A stretch of DNA of 55,323 bases, the filler included, from Sluysia triapertura (Eukaryota), in the NCBI GenBank assembly GCA_046118255.1. It is 4 parts of 4 records of this genome, joined end to end, with 100 filler letters (N's around TTAATTAATTAA, not from the genome) between each part and the next. Parts side by side here need not be neighbours in the genome. Positions count along the whole stretch, not along the records: positions 30,498 to 42,803 come from JBJNIA010121194.1; positions 42,904 to 55,323 come from JBJNIA010111534.1; 2 more parts are not named here. One strand, given 5' to 3'. Every line of letters begins with the position of its first letter. The stretch's first letter is position 1. Position numbers and translations under genes: made by a program. Below, piece after piece: positions 36,732 to 50,849 of the stretch. The notes below the pieces were generated by a model. It made no database searches, was not told the DNA's origin, and saw only the letters and a program-made list of their open reading frames with translations.

Positions 36732-39700
36732 ATTCTATTATATGCCAATTTTCTCTACAATAACTAATTTTATTCTTTATTATTCATGATAATATGATCA
36801 TTTTCATCTCTAAATTATTTAGTATTTGCTACTTATATTATAATTCATGCATAAATTTATTTCTCATTTTTCATTAATTTGTTGACTTGCGATAGTTTGT
36901 GTTTAGTCATTTCTTCACTTGCATTTTATTAAAATTATGGATTTTTTATCCTTGTCCCGATTCTAACATATGGTCCAAAATCTTTTCGGCTTGTTAACTA
37001 AGTATGGCAAATTCTTGTTTTCCGTTTCAGGCTCGGCATGCATTTCAATTTCAGGACATTTGTAAATGTTGGTTTTGAAGTTTTAGTTTCATTTATAATT
37101 TTATTTTAATATTAAAATATTTCTTGATTTATTTAAAAATTATTACAATTATAAAATGCAAGTTAATTAATAGTACGAAATCTAAATTCATTAAGCTTCA
37201 ATATTATGAGAACAAATTCATTTTAAACGGAGATTATACCAAAAAAATAATACGAAATCGAAATTTATAAATATTAAAACCATTTTAAATTGAGATTATA
37301 TAGGAATAGTATGAAATCTAAATTTACAAACGTTAAAAATTTGCTTATTATGCTAAATAATACAAAATTTGTAAATCGTAAAAATTTTAAATTTTATGAA
37401 TTTACTTTATTTAATATTTTAATTTCGTACATGAATAATTGTGAATTTATAACCGAGCGCTTTAATTTAAATCATTGAATGATTTATATGAATAGTTGTG
37501 AAATTATAACTGAATATTTCAATTATTAATGTGTTGTATTTATTACATGAAAAATTGTGAATTACTGATTTATTATATAAGTAATTGTGAATCTATATCG
37601 ACTATAAAAGTCAAGAAATTTAAAAAATAACCACAGTAATAATCATCGATAATCAAACAAAAAATTTGAGGATAAATAATTTCAATGATTCAAGTTACCA
37701 GAGTTTTACAGCAATATTCGAGTCGGTCTAATCCACCACAAAAGTCACCATCATCGTCAATCGAATCAAAAGTGCTATTTCAAAAAACCTTTTAATTGAT
37801 CTAAGGTAAAATAAATTCTTCAGTTTAAAATAATTCAAGTAAATTTAACGGACATAAATAAAAAAATTAAAGTTTGATATTATTATATTCGAAACATATA
37901 CCTTAATAAAAACTGTATTTATCAAATGTTTTTACTTATATAATAATTAAGAGTGATCAATTAATTTATAGATGTAAGAAGATGTTTTATTAAAGATAAT
38001 AAATCGTCGCTTTACCGAGAGAATCCATTAAATTGTTATTCTTTTGTTTGATATTTTGAATGGTGAAGTATTTCATAACACATATATATGTGGTTCTTGA
38101 TCTTAATCTCAGGGAATGTTGTACTTGGTCTATTACTATACATACGAACTCACTGAATAGAAAAAAATGTTAAATAATGTCAATATTTAACCAAAATAAT
38201 AATAAGTAAAAAGGTAAAATAATAATGTAAAATGTAATGTTTCTAAATAATAGTAGTAATAATCAATGTAATGTGTGTCTTTAATAATGAACAAAATGAA
38301 ATGTGTTAATGAACAGCAAAATAATAAATAATAATAATAATAATTTAATGTCTGAGAAATAATAATAACAATAGTATTTATTGACCATATAATCTGAAAA
38401 TTTTATATTGTTGAATAACAGCATTATGTTTGATAATAATGACCATTAATGAATGATAAATGTAGTAAAATTCTATATTGTCTACATTGCTAATAATGAC
38501 AAAAGAAATAACAAGGAATGAAATTAACTATAGAAAAAACTATATAAGGTGTTTCTCACTGAACAATGACAATAGTGAATAGACTATTTTTGGATAATGT
38601 TGCTGATTAAATTTTTTGGATAATATCATTGATTAACTTACTTGAAGATTCTGATTCGAGTTTACGGGTAATTTGTACAATATCCTAATTAATGTAAATT
38701 TGTAAAATTATATTAAGATTTAAAATGTGTTTTTAAAGAAAAAAGAAAATTGCGAGTGGTTTGTTTTATCTACTATCATAAATACGTTGTTGCCTTGTGA
38801 GACTAAAAAGGGAATTCAAGTAAAAATTCTAGATTTGAAAAATTAAAATTCTAATAAGGTACTTCTATTTCTTACATGAGAGACTAGTATAACTCTGACT
38901 TCCACATAAAATTAATAAACAAATAGTTTGTAGCTGCAATAACATAAGCTTTTATTATTATTTAATGAAAATTGTTTGTTACTTTGTTTCTCTAAGTTTA
39001 AGCCAGGCTTGCTAAAAATTAAAAGATTGTAAATGCTCATTTTAGTTTAATATAGTATTTCAAATAATCATAATGTTTTTGTTTAAAATAACTAACTTAA
39101 ATTGAGATTACGTAGAGGTAATACATATTCAAAATTTAGTAACAAATAACAATCATTTTAAATCGAAATTGTAGTAGTAATCATTTTAAATTGAGATTTT
39201 ATAAAGACAACATGAAATCAAAATTTATAAACATTAAATTCTACTATTACAGTTGATTAAATTAAATTAAATTACTATAAATTGAGATTAAATAAGAAAC
39301 AATATGAAATCAAAATTTAATAGCGAAATATTCGATCACAATCAACTTTAAAACAAGATTTATGTTAAAAATAATAAAATCATGTTAAAGTTAGATTAAA
39401 TAGAGGTATTGCGTAATCAAAATTTAATAACGTATTCGATTAAAATTATTTTAAGTCAAAGATTAGATAGAACAGAGAGAAGTAATATGATATTAAAATT
39501 TAAAAACATTATGATCGATAAAAAATATGTTAAATTAAAATTGCATAAAACGAACATAAAAATAAAATTAAAAAGCTAATAATAATAGCAATAATCAGAA
39601 AATTAGTGATTGTTGAATGATTTAATAGTATAAATCAAATATAATTCCTATTGACTAAACTAATGCTATTATCGACTGTTATTGTTATAATCACTTTACA

Positions 39701-40130
39701 TGATTCGTTAAATTAATCATTTGCTATTATAAACTAATTATTGTATTAATCTTGCTATTGTTATTCAACCAAAAAACAAAAATAAAAGTATTAGATAAAT
39801 CATTAATCTGTATCAAGATAATTCGTATCGAAATAATTTAGTAATTCAGGTCGAGATAATTCTGTAATTTGCATCGAGATAATTCACATCAAGATAGTTA
39901 CTGAAACAATTTAATAAACTGATAGGTCTTAATTGATAATTTCATTGATATAAGGTAAGAATTTTTAGCTTTTCGGTGAAAAAATTAAATTATTTTGTCA
40001 ATTTTAAAATAAAACCTAATATTAAATAAATTAACAAGAAATTTTTTGCTATTAAAACTTTACCTATTGTGTAAACATAGGTACATAATTTAATTGTATT
40101 TATAGATTAGAAAATAATCCCTTTTGTATT

Positions 40131-40160
40131 TTAACACGTTCGCTGCCGAGCGACACAAAC
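40131..40160 (+). mobile_element. Single piggyBac-like terminus
   Basis: TTAA followed by CACGTTCGCTGCC; partner TIR not found. Confidence 0.4.
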
Positions 40161-42731
40161 TAACTTTGACCTACGAGATAACTCGTTTTAAATATAGTTA
40201 TTTTAGGGTGTTTTCGTTTTCAAGTAATGAATCTAAAGAATTCTTATTTCTTTCTGAATAGAAAGTCTCTAATCTTATTCCTAATTTCTTTGTATAGTAA
40301 TAATATCTATGTGATGATACTTTAACTTGGCTCATTAAATTGTAAACTCTAAATCTTACTATTAGATTATTAATGGCAACATAAAGTATCAGTTCTTTTT
40401 CTATTTCGTCATACTCAAACTTCCAGTTATTATGTAAACATTTATTAGTTAAAAAATAAATAAATATTTATTTATTTTAATATTTATTAAAATGTTAAAA
40501 ACTTTGAAAACATCCCTAATAAATTTTAAAATTATATGAACAATTGTATTCTTTATCGACATGCTTTGTACTGCATCATCGAGTATTGCGTTGGACCTAG
40601 AGCTGGAACAAAATTCTAAAAAAAATTATGCAGTTAAAATAACAATGAAAATAAATAAAATAAAATTTTACTGTTAATAACGTTCTGCAGGAACTTTATC
40701 AATGTTGATCTACTTTAGATGGTACTAATTCCCTTGATATTGAAACTTTTAGTTATTGGTTCCATGTTGTTTGTGATGTTTGTCGATTTGAATCTATGTG
40801 TGAATGTAATAAATGAAAGTGCTCAATTAGATTCAGTGTCATCGCTAGTTAAATTTCATTTCAATAAAACTAGGTCCAATTTAGATACATCATATAGATT
40901 TTTAGCTTTACTTTTGAATTCAGTGGATAATATTGTGATTTGCCGTTAGAAACATAAAAGTCACTATTTCAAGATTGTACCTTTTATGGAAATTGTATAT
41001 ATCATGGAAATTGTATATATCATGAAATATCACCCAGAATTTAGATCCTAATAAAAGTAGGTGGAACTGATATGATATATCTATTTTACCTGGAAACGTC
41101 GTCAAGTATTACTCGTATAATGAAAGTTTCTAGCGTCACTCGGTATTTGAAAGATCGGCGAACTCTACTATATGAATTTAAAGTTCATGTTGTAGTATCA
41201 CGTAAATTAATGTTTTAATGATGTTTTGTACTTTCTAATTTTACTACCCAAGTTATATATTATGTATCGTTTTAAGGTTTTTAAACTTCATATAAGTAAA
41301 ATTTTTAGAAATAAGAATATATCTTACTTTTCTACAATCTTTAGAGTTATTTATTTGAAAGATGTCAATGACTGAAAATGTTAAATATAAAAATTACCTA
41401 CCGGAATTTTAAAATCAAGTTTTTGTTACAGAGTTTAAATGATAATGAATAATAATGAATAATTGTTCGTGTGTCAGCATTGGATAGCACAGTAATGTAC
41501 TGTTCAATTGATGTACTTTAAGTGGCCGATTCACCCAATGACGACATTATGACTAAATAATTACTTCAATTACTTCCAAAGTTAATTTTCATGATACAGC
41601 CAAATTTACAGTATAATCACATGAACATATGCGACCTTATTTTATATATTTTTATAATTACGCAGCCAATTTTCTTCATCTAACAGCTAATTTGTTCTTT
41701 AGTTCTACTCTTTTTCACATTTACATCCGCTTTTAATTCCTACAGTGGTTCTTTTCGATTACTCTCTTCAGGCTTCTAAGTTTAAGCGCATTCTTTGGGC
41801 ATTTTTAATCGTAATAATTTATCTATTTTATTTACTTTATTTTAAGTTTAAAATAATAAAAAATAAACCAGCTTTGTTACTTCAATTTTTTATTATTATT
41901 GTTTTGCTGATAATACTTAATCAAAATCTACCTTATTAGTGAGATAATTTTTTATAACATGACCTTATTGATGTATTGTTGGTAGTTCTGCTAATTCTAA
42001 TAAAGTTAATTCAACTTGTAATTGGCTTATTGCACTTAATATTACATAAATATAATGTTTTAATAATAATAATAATAATTTTTTAATTAAAATAATATTC
42101 GAATTCAGCACCTTCTAATTCTTCAGCATCCTCTTCGTCTTCGACCTCCTCAGTATCATCTGCAAGTTCTGTAACTTCACCGACCACTTCTTTGACTACT
42201 AGTCAAAATCAGAAAAAGAATCCCACATCAGCCATAAAGAACACTGTGTCTAGTACCACGACCACATCAACAACTACAAATATTGTTCCAGATAAATCCA
42301 ATGACAAATCCAGTAAAACACCCAATAATAAATACGATCAGAATTTAACGAAGCAAGTTTACTTCTATTCAAATTAATTAATAACTCTAAATAATTCTTT
42401 CGAATTGGACACAATTTAACCCTATTGTGTATTTTATGAATTAATTTATTTTAATAAAGAACTATGGTATTCCAGAAATAATTCTTAAAGCAAAAATAAA
42501 TTATCTAATTTAATATTTGTTTCAGCAGAATTGATTTGTATCAAGTAAAGTTTGAACTTTTTTTCCAATGTTTGTGATATTAAAATATTTAAATTATTTT
42601 CAATTATATATCTTACATTAAAATGCTAATTAAAATATGTGATAGGTTTATTTATCTAAAAACACATATCATATCTTATCTAAAATGTTTTTATTTAACA
42701 GTTATTTCATTTTTATGAAGCCGTACGTTTA

Positions 42732-42732
<1 letters not shown>

Positions 42733-42803
<71 letters not shown>
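42733..42803. repeat. (TAA)n microsatellite at contig end
   Basis: Direct reading. Confidence 0.9.
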
Positions 42804-42903
42804 NNNNNNNNNNNNNNNNNNNNNNNNNNNNNNNNNNNNNNNNNNNNTTAATTAATTAANNNNNNNNNNNNNNNNNNNNNNNNNNNNNNNNNNNNNNNNN
42901 NNN
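42804..42903. other. Assembly gap with artificial linker
   Basis: N44-TTAATTAATTAA-N44. Confidence 0.97.
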
Positions 42904-44161
42904 GTGTGTGTGTGTGTATTGGTATGGCCATATTATGTGCTAGTTTGTATTAGTTTCTGTTTGCCAGTATTCTTTATTTAATTTGTGCTTTTTCCAGGTC
43001 TGATCTGTATTTTCTATTTTTTGATTAACTTGGTGCATTCTACTCCATGTTTTTTCTAGATTTCAAAAAATTTAAGATTTCTCTTTTTAAACTACTGGGA
43101 TATATTCTTTTAAAATTATTACCAAATACTAGTTTTTATTTTACTTGAAATTTTATTTCAAGATTTTGCGATACCTTTAAAAATATAAAATTTTTCTTAC
43201 CTTATTATTAATATCATTATTTTATTTTTATTTTGGAATTCCAAATAAAATACCTTCAAATTTCAATGGAAACTTGTTCTGCTACATTGTTCTATTATTA
43301 TAATGTTAATCATGTTTATAATCCGATATTTTTCAAAAATTGTCATATTTAAGCAAGTTGATCAATTTGTAATTATTTTAATTCTGAAATATTTATTTAG
43401 TATTAAATATAGAAAAAAACCAATTAAATGTATATGTAAATATTTTTTTCATTTAAATTAATGTAAAAACATTAATTTGTTAAAAAATAACCTCAGGAAT
43501 ATTAAATTGATTTATAATGGATTTATAAATAAATATGAAAATCAAATGAATATTTTACTTTCATGCAAATAAATCTTGGTATTGTTTTTTGCTAATTTAT
43601 TTTATTTATCTTTTGTATAGATTTATTTAATTTGAAAATAATTAAATGATCTATAAAAATATTTCTACATAATATCATGGTTGTGGTTAGTTATTGATTT
43701 TATGTTGAATGTGTGAACCACAAGTACTATCTCTGACCTTTAGCTTTCATGAAATTAGTTTGTCTTTAAATAAAAAGCATTTAACCTTTAAGATTGTTGA
43801 ATTTACTCATAAGCTTATCTATTATATTATTTGTGGTGTAAGCATTATAATTATATTACAACTTTTAATAATTATTACATTTATTATTTGTTTATCAGAG
43901 ATATTTACCTAAAGTCATCTTTTATCTGAGTTAAATATACGTTTCTTTAATATTTATTGATTAAATTTACGTCACTTTGTGAATGCATGTAAGGCTTTTG
44001 GTATACTTAATTCATCGGCACACCGGATATATTTTGATTTCTACTTTTTTGTTAAGTAATTTATACATCCAATAACTGATAGTAAGTAACAAGTGTTAGT
44101 AAATTGGAAATGCACACTTGATGCGTTATACCATTCATGCTAATAATAATAGTTTTTGGTG

Positions 44162-44240
<79 letters not shown>
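44162..44240. repeat. (TAA)n microsatellite
   Basis: Direct reading; explains the poly-Tyr run in ORF 44135-44473. Confidence 0.95.
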
Positions 44241-44241
<1 letters not shown>

Positions 44242-46357
44242 CGATCACAATGATGTTAATAATGACAATAATGACATTAGCAATAATGACTACATTATAA
44301 AGTTTTATTTTTTGGAGGGAGATTAATAAGAAATGCATTGAGTCTTTTGTGGTTAAGTGAAAACTTGAAAAGGTATTATAGAGATTATGTAGTAGTTTGT
44401 GTTGAATGTGATTCGATGTATGTCTCTGATACAATAAAATTGTCAACAATGTTTGGGCCACTAACGTGGGCATAATTTCTTAAAGAAACTCTCTTTCTTT
44501 AAACTGCTTCAAGAACTTTTGAGATTTAATCACTTTTAATTTCTTGCTAAAATAGAAATATTCAACTTTTAATTTATATTAAGACATAAGTAGAAATTAC
44601 CTAATAACGTATAAAGTTTAAACTAATGTTTATTTGCTTTTATTAGGTTTTACAAAGAATAGTTAAGCCAAATTTATAGTTTTAACAGTCTAAAAAGATG
44701 TTTAAATGCGATTAGGATTTATGTGCAGTTAGGATTGATTGTACATAAGTAGCTGTGTTGTATTGCACATAAAAATTAAAATAAATATCCATTGTCAATT
44801 TTATTCAATTGAATATAAAGCAAGATTAAAAAATAATCAACAGGAAAATAATTACATGTGCACCTTATAAACAGGACAAGTTATTAGTAAGCTTTCAATA
44901 ATTGTGAATGCATCTAACGAAACACAAATCATGAACTCTATTTGTCAGAATTAATTAATGTTTGTCGGTATGCGCATTTAGACATCAAATATCGAATAAC
45001 TGCTAACTATTGGTTGTATTTTTAAACTAACTTTGCATACTTGTTTTCATTCAAGACTAGACATTTTCAATATTGTTCATATCTGAACTGGAAGCTGGTC
45101 ATTTACATTTAATATTCTTTTTTTGTATTACGAATAATGTTTCTACATGGATGTAATTAATCTATAATTTATTTTAATATAAGTCATATTTTGTTAGAAT
45201 AAACAATCATTGAAATTTGATTTATGAAAAAATATTTATAATATCCATCACTTTTCATTCTATAATATATTATTAATATAGCAATTTCTCGAAAATCATG
45301 CTATTAAAAATGATATCAGTTTCTTATTGACTGAAAATTATGATACATTAAATTGAAACATTAAAGATATTGTACATTATAATAATAAGCTTTAAAGATT
45401 TTAAGACTTAAATCTCTTTGACAGTTTCTGTCTCAAAGTTGTACTTTACCTTCTACAGCTTTATCAAGATGTTTTTTATTAAATTTTATTTTAAGGCAGT
45501 TCAAAAATACAATAAAATTATTTTAAAAAAGTAATAATCCAGTACATTTTAGGGTTTAAATTGAGTTTATAAAAACTTAATGAAATTCAACCTTCTCATA
45601 AACCTTTATATGATTATGATGATTACGTAAATGATTAGTGATTTTAGTCAAATAATACTTAGAATATTAACTATATTTTTCACACTTTCAATATAAAATC
45701 CATGTTAAATTATTTGTACAAATCTGGTTAATGTATATGTTAACATATATATTGAAATAAAACTATAAATTAAAAATTATTGTATGTCGATATTGTAATT
45801 AAACAATTTTATGAATTAATATAAAATTAGAAATTTAATATCTTTAGAATTTGAGTAAGTCAATATATAACCACCTGTTTGGGCAACACCTGACATTTAC
45901 ATGATAATTAAAATTAAAATTTAGAAAATCGCATAATAATAAATAATATATTAATTTATAGAGCGCCATTATCTATTATAAAAGCGCTTAAAATTAACCA
46001 TTCATCAGAATATTTCTTAAATAGAAAAAATTTTGCCTTAATAAACATATCACAATCTTCTAATGATATGGCATTCTCTGGTAGAGTATTCATATCGTTC
46101 ATATTTAAAAAAACAATAATTTTTGTACAATACATTTCAATATAATTTCTATTTCAATAGTACAATTTTAAATTACATTAAAAATTTTAAACACATTTTG
46201 TAAATTTGTTTTAGTATTTTATTGAATTATTGTTTTATGTAATTAAACTTAATTTTTGAAAAATTCAAGTAGTTATAAGTATTTTGTAAAATAGAAGTAG
46301 ATTGTTATACATAAAATCGTATTAAATTTTGAATTCACTTTGTGTTTTATATTTACT

Positions 46358-47222
46358 TGTTGTGACTTAACTCATGGATTTTAACTCGCAATTTTTCCGA
46401 TAAGTGAATATTAATCATTAATTAAAACGACTTTATTTTTGGACTTGTGCATTTATCCATATTTTCTGATAGTCGATGAATGCAGCATTTTAAATAATTT
46501 CAATTAATGTGCAAGAACTTATTCTCAACCTACGGCAAGGTTCGGTTACAATATGCAACGTTAGTGGACTTACCCCTAACTGCAAGTGATAATTTTTAAT
46601 GTGAAAGTTAGCCCTATATCTTTGAATCTTCTAACTGCCTCATTAAGTTTATGCAGAGTAATTCAAAAAGTACTTTGTCTTTAACGGAGAGTCCATTCTT
46701 TAATTTATAAGCGTTAGAATCTTGATACTTTTGCAATTAATTTACAATAAATTGTTTCATAATCAACGCTTTTACTAATGTTTATTAAATAAAAATCGTA
46801 AAAATGAGTAAATATAAAAATATAAATGAGCTACAATATAAACAAGAAGCAAATATCAATTACACCAAATACGATTTTAAAATTTAAACATGTTAGGTAT
46901 TTAATTTGAACAACTTGAAATTTAAATAATAAATTTTATCCTCACTAAATCTGGTTGTAAAAATATTATGAAAAAGATTTTATGTGAAATTTATTGCTTA
47001 ACTTTGGCGAGCAAAACCATCTTAATATTGAAAAACTTACTAATTCGTTTTTCTGATTGAAAGAATTTCAAAATAGCATTAAAGGCATTCAACATATAAT
47101 TGTAATTCAAAAATTGTGTTTGAGATTCATCGGAAGCTAGTATTTATATTGACCAATCCGAATCAATTAGAATTCAAGAATCTTCCAGAATGTTCGAAAC
47201 GGATTGTGATTGCAATCTAATA
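46358..47222 (-). mobile_element. LTR-like repeat copy 3 (distant relative, HSE-bearing)
   Basis: Starts TGTTGTGACTT, contains CCTCACTAAATCTGG (~46940) and GCTAGTATTTATATTGACCAAT, five perfect HSE pentamers at 47172-47196, and ends TTGTGATTGCAATCTAATA. Confidence 0.6.
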
Positions 47223-48491
47223 ATAATAGTAATAATAATTAATAAATTAATTTATTACTTTAAAATGGGGTTCAAAATGTATCCTTGTTCACTATATTAA
47301 TAAATAAGAAACATTCTTTTATTTTAAAATATTTCATGATCTTCCAGTATGTAACCAATCACTTATCTTACTTTTAATCTACATTCTGTAAAAATTGTTA
47401 TATCGCATTTTTATTATTTCCAAGAAATAATCCAATTTAAAAATTACCGTTATGATTTTGAATTCTAGTGTTCTTTTTTACTTGTAAGCAGTGTAGTTCT
47501 TTACGTTAAGTTTATATATGAAATCTCTTTTTTAATTGGAAAATTATTCTTCTTGATTGGTTACATTATTCCCACTTTGTCATTATTAAAATCTATATTA
47601 TTGGTTATCAGTGAATGAACAATAGTTTTGTGGTGCCCATATTAATAAATTTTCTAATATTTGATAATCTTTTTTATTGGTGTTTACATCGTTTTACAAT
47701 ACTATTAAAATTTTTTTCCATTTTCATTTTTGAATTCAAATAGCACCTGATTTGAAACAATAATATGTATTATTTTTAAAATAGCTGATAGCTTAGTATT
47801 TACTTGTGCTTGTATTTGAGATTATTTTCAAAATATATTATCCTTTTGTGGTATATTTATTAAAACTTAATAATAGCCTTTGATCTTTATTTTAATTTTA
47901 ATAGTATAATTTAATTGTGCTCTTTTGAATGATTAAACATTAAAAGATAATAAATATCATTTAAACTTAAGCCATATATTTTAGAAATTCATACAATTTT
48001 GAAAAATTCAACTTATAATTTTCCATTAATTGAAATCTTTATATGATTTAAATTTTTTGTACGCTGACGGTAAGTAATGCGATCATGCATTTAGTTCACG
48101 TGTTAGATTAGCACTATTTTTGCTGCTTGATGATCAGATGATTAATTGAAATATTTCTTGTAATTGATAAACAACACCTGAAAAATTAATGTCCATTATA
48201 AGATAGTTGTACTTTCTCAAAAGAATTTCAATTATTAAGATTTTTAACATTTCATAGAAATACAATTTTGTACATTAAAATCTCTATTCAATATAGAGTT
48301 ATCTAAAACAACTTATACCTTAATTTAATTGCAATGATTAAATTTCAAATCTATATAGAATATAAATACCTACATTTGCAAATCTGTTTTTTATAAAAAT
48401 TATAAAATTGATTTAAATCAAATAGTAAATTTGACAGCTATAAATATAAACAATATATTGTAGTTCTAAAAGTGAATCTACAAATAATGAC

Positions 48492-48495
<4 letters not shown>

Positions 48496-48536
<41 letters not shown>
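48496..48536. repeat. (TA)n microsatellite
   Basis: Direct reading. Confidence 0.95.
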
Positions 48537-48539
<3 letters not shown>

Positions 48540-48953
48540 CTTAAATCAATAAATTGTACATATATATTTTAAATTTCAATTTATAAACAGTAAATTTTTC
48601 ATTTACACAATCAAATTTTAATTAACCAATCAAATTCATCATTCGACAGAAAGAGTTATGATATTTTAAATAGTTTTAATTGTAATGAATGTTTTTTATT
48701 GTTTTTTTTAGTAAACTACCTTTGATTCAGCGGATTATGATGTGTTACTTCATGATCTTCATGTGTTACTTCATGCAAAGAATGTGTCTCATTTAATATA
48801 ATAAAATGGTTTGAATTATATTTAAGACAAAGAAAACTACTAGCAAGGATTTTAAATTTCGAAATTCGAGAATGATTTAAATTTTAGAAATTTTCATGAA
48901 GACATGATATAAAATATTAAGATGACGCTTAAAGGGTTTAAAATGTGGTAATG

Positions 48954-48987
<34 letters not shown>

Positions 48988-49329
48988 CATATTATATTAT
49001 ATTTTATGTTTATAAGAAATAAATGTCTTAATTAACAAAATTGTGTTACTTGATTTAAGTACAATTGGGAAAAATTTAAAGTTCAATTATAATTATGCTT
49101 TATTATTATTTTAATTACTAAAATCGACTTAATTTCATAAAGCATAAAACGAAAATAAAAACAGCTACTTAATAGATTTATTTTACTAAATTTAACATCA
49201 AAAAAGGATAATTTTAGTGTCTAAGTTATACATTTCTTGGATATGCCACCAAGTAGATTTCATTAGAATCCTAGAAAAATATAAGTAAAAGTTTTGATTC
49301 ATGATAAAACAAATAAAAATATATAGAGT

Positions 49330-50183
49330 ATTTCCTTTCAAGTCATTCTGGAACACCGGTCCAAGTGATGCTAAATTTGATACAATAGAATGGAATCTGT
49401 CGTAGAGATCACTAAAGTTGGCTGTAGAACTAAAATGTGTCTAAATTCGTAAATTCCATGACTGTATTTACAATTTCTACCATACCGAGTACATTTCCTA
49501 GTATTTGAAGTTCTTTATAAACACGCATTCTTATAGTATTTGGCGTAAGTTTGAACATTTATATTGAAAGGTTTGCTGCTTTTATAGAACAATTTTGAAC
49601 AGATATTTCTCGATTTTAATTTGGACATGTCCTTCATTATTGATGTTGCTTTATCTGCCATGACACAATAATCAATATCTACTATATTTGTACTAACTAA
49701 TTTGTAAAGAGCTAACCATATATCAATATCAATCTCTAAACCTTGATCATCTGTTTGCATGTTTAATCTGCAGACACTTTTATTTTTATTTGTCATTTTT
49801 ATATACAATGAATAAATGTGATTCGTACTAAACTGTTTGACTTGAGTTGTATAAAATCGTTCAGTCGAACTTGTTCTAATGATGTTTTGTGGTTGAACAA
49901 ATTTGTTTAAAATTAACGTTTTATTTATAATTATCATTGCCTTAAGAAATTTTATATTTAGTGAATATTTATTCTGGTCTTTGAAATACTGAAATAAATC
50001 ATATCCTTCTTCAAATCTAACATCTTCTATTTGCTTGCCATTAAGAAAATAAATAACATTGCTAAATTTCAAATTATCATTAATTTGAAGGTCGAGTACA
50101 ATATTTCCATCAACATATTTGGATGAAATATATGATATAAGACTAAATATTTTTCGTAAACCAAATTCATTTAACGTTAGCAC
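49330..50183 (-). pseudogene. Unknown-domain protein with C-terminal CCCH zinc finger, interrupted by a stop
   Basis: The 222-aa ORF continues in frame past the TAA at 49517-49515 as RTSNTRKCTRYGRNCKYSHGIYEFR (cf. TIS11-type GxCxYGxxCxFAHGxxELR). Confidence 0.6.
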
Positions 50184-50535
50184 GAGAATTATTTAAATAA
50201 AACAAAACATTTTTATTGAGTTTTACTAAGAGCAAGTTTTTACACAATTATTTGTAAAAGTTTTTAGTTTTTAAAATAATTTTTACTATGTTTGAATATA
50301 TTGTGTTAATGATTAAACTAATTTAATTCTGGTTATCCAATCCAAAGAGGTTACATTAGAATGCAACAATATACTCAGTAACGTTAACGTTAATCAAACT
50401 GTTAGCTGACAGGCCTAACACAAAATTTGTTGGCTGGCAATATAGATAAACTGTCTCTCTGTGCGAAAGACCTGTATGAATCAACAGATTTGCAATAATT
50501 AAAATTCAATGATAATTATGAAAATAATAACAATA

Positions 50536-50537
<2 letters not shown>

Positions 50538-50586
<49 letters not shown>

Positions 50587-50600
50587 TAATAATAATAATA
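50538..50600. repeat. (TAA)n microsatellite
   Basis: Direct reading. Confidence 0.9.
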
Positions 50601-50849
50601 ACAATATTAGTAATAGAAAATAATAATAAAATAGTATAATAACATTAAATAATAATAATAATACTAGTAATAATAATATAAAATAAAATAAAGAAATTAC
50701 ATAAATCTCTTCTTGTTATCTTTCATTCTTAACATGATTATTTATCTAATTAATATAAATATCTTTAAAAGTGTAAGAGGTTAAATATTGAAAGATTGAA
50801 AACTTCTAGTGCTTCTAATTAATGTTACGCATTTTCAATAAAAAATTTA

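Noticed and set aside
36533-39900. Repeat arrays as CRISPR-like loci
   Set aside because: Eukaryotic context, degenerate units, no constant repeat with unique spacers and no cas genes.
41580-41640. RICSCDYTVNLAV resembling the hAT CxxH motif
   Set aside because: His is missing and there are no supporting flanking motifs.
44135-44473. 112-aa ORF with poly-Tyr
   Set aside because: Produced by the (TAA)n microsatellite.
588-48000. Most 60-95-aa ORFs of the supplied track
   Set aside because: Low-complexity I/L/F/K/N-rich chance ORFs, or antisense shadows of decayed genes.
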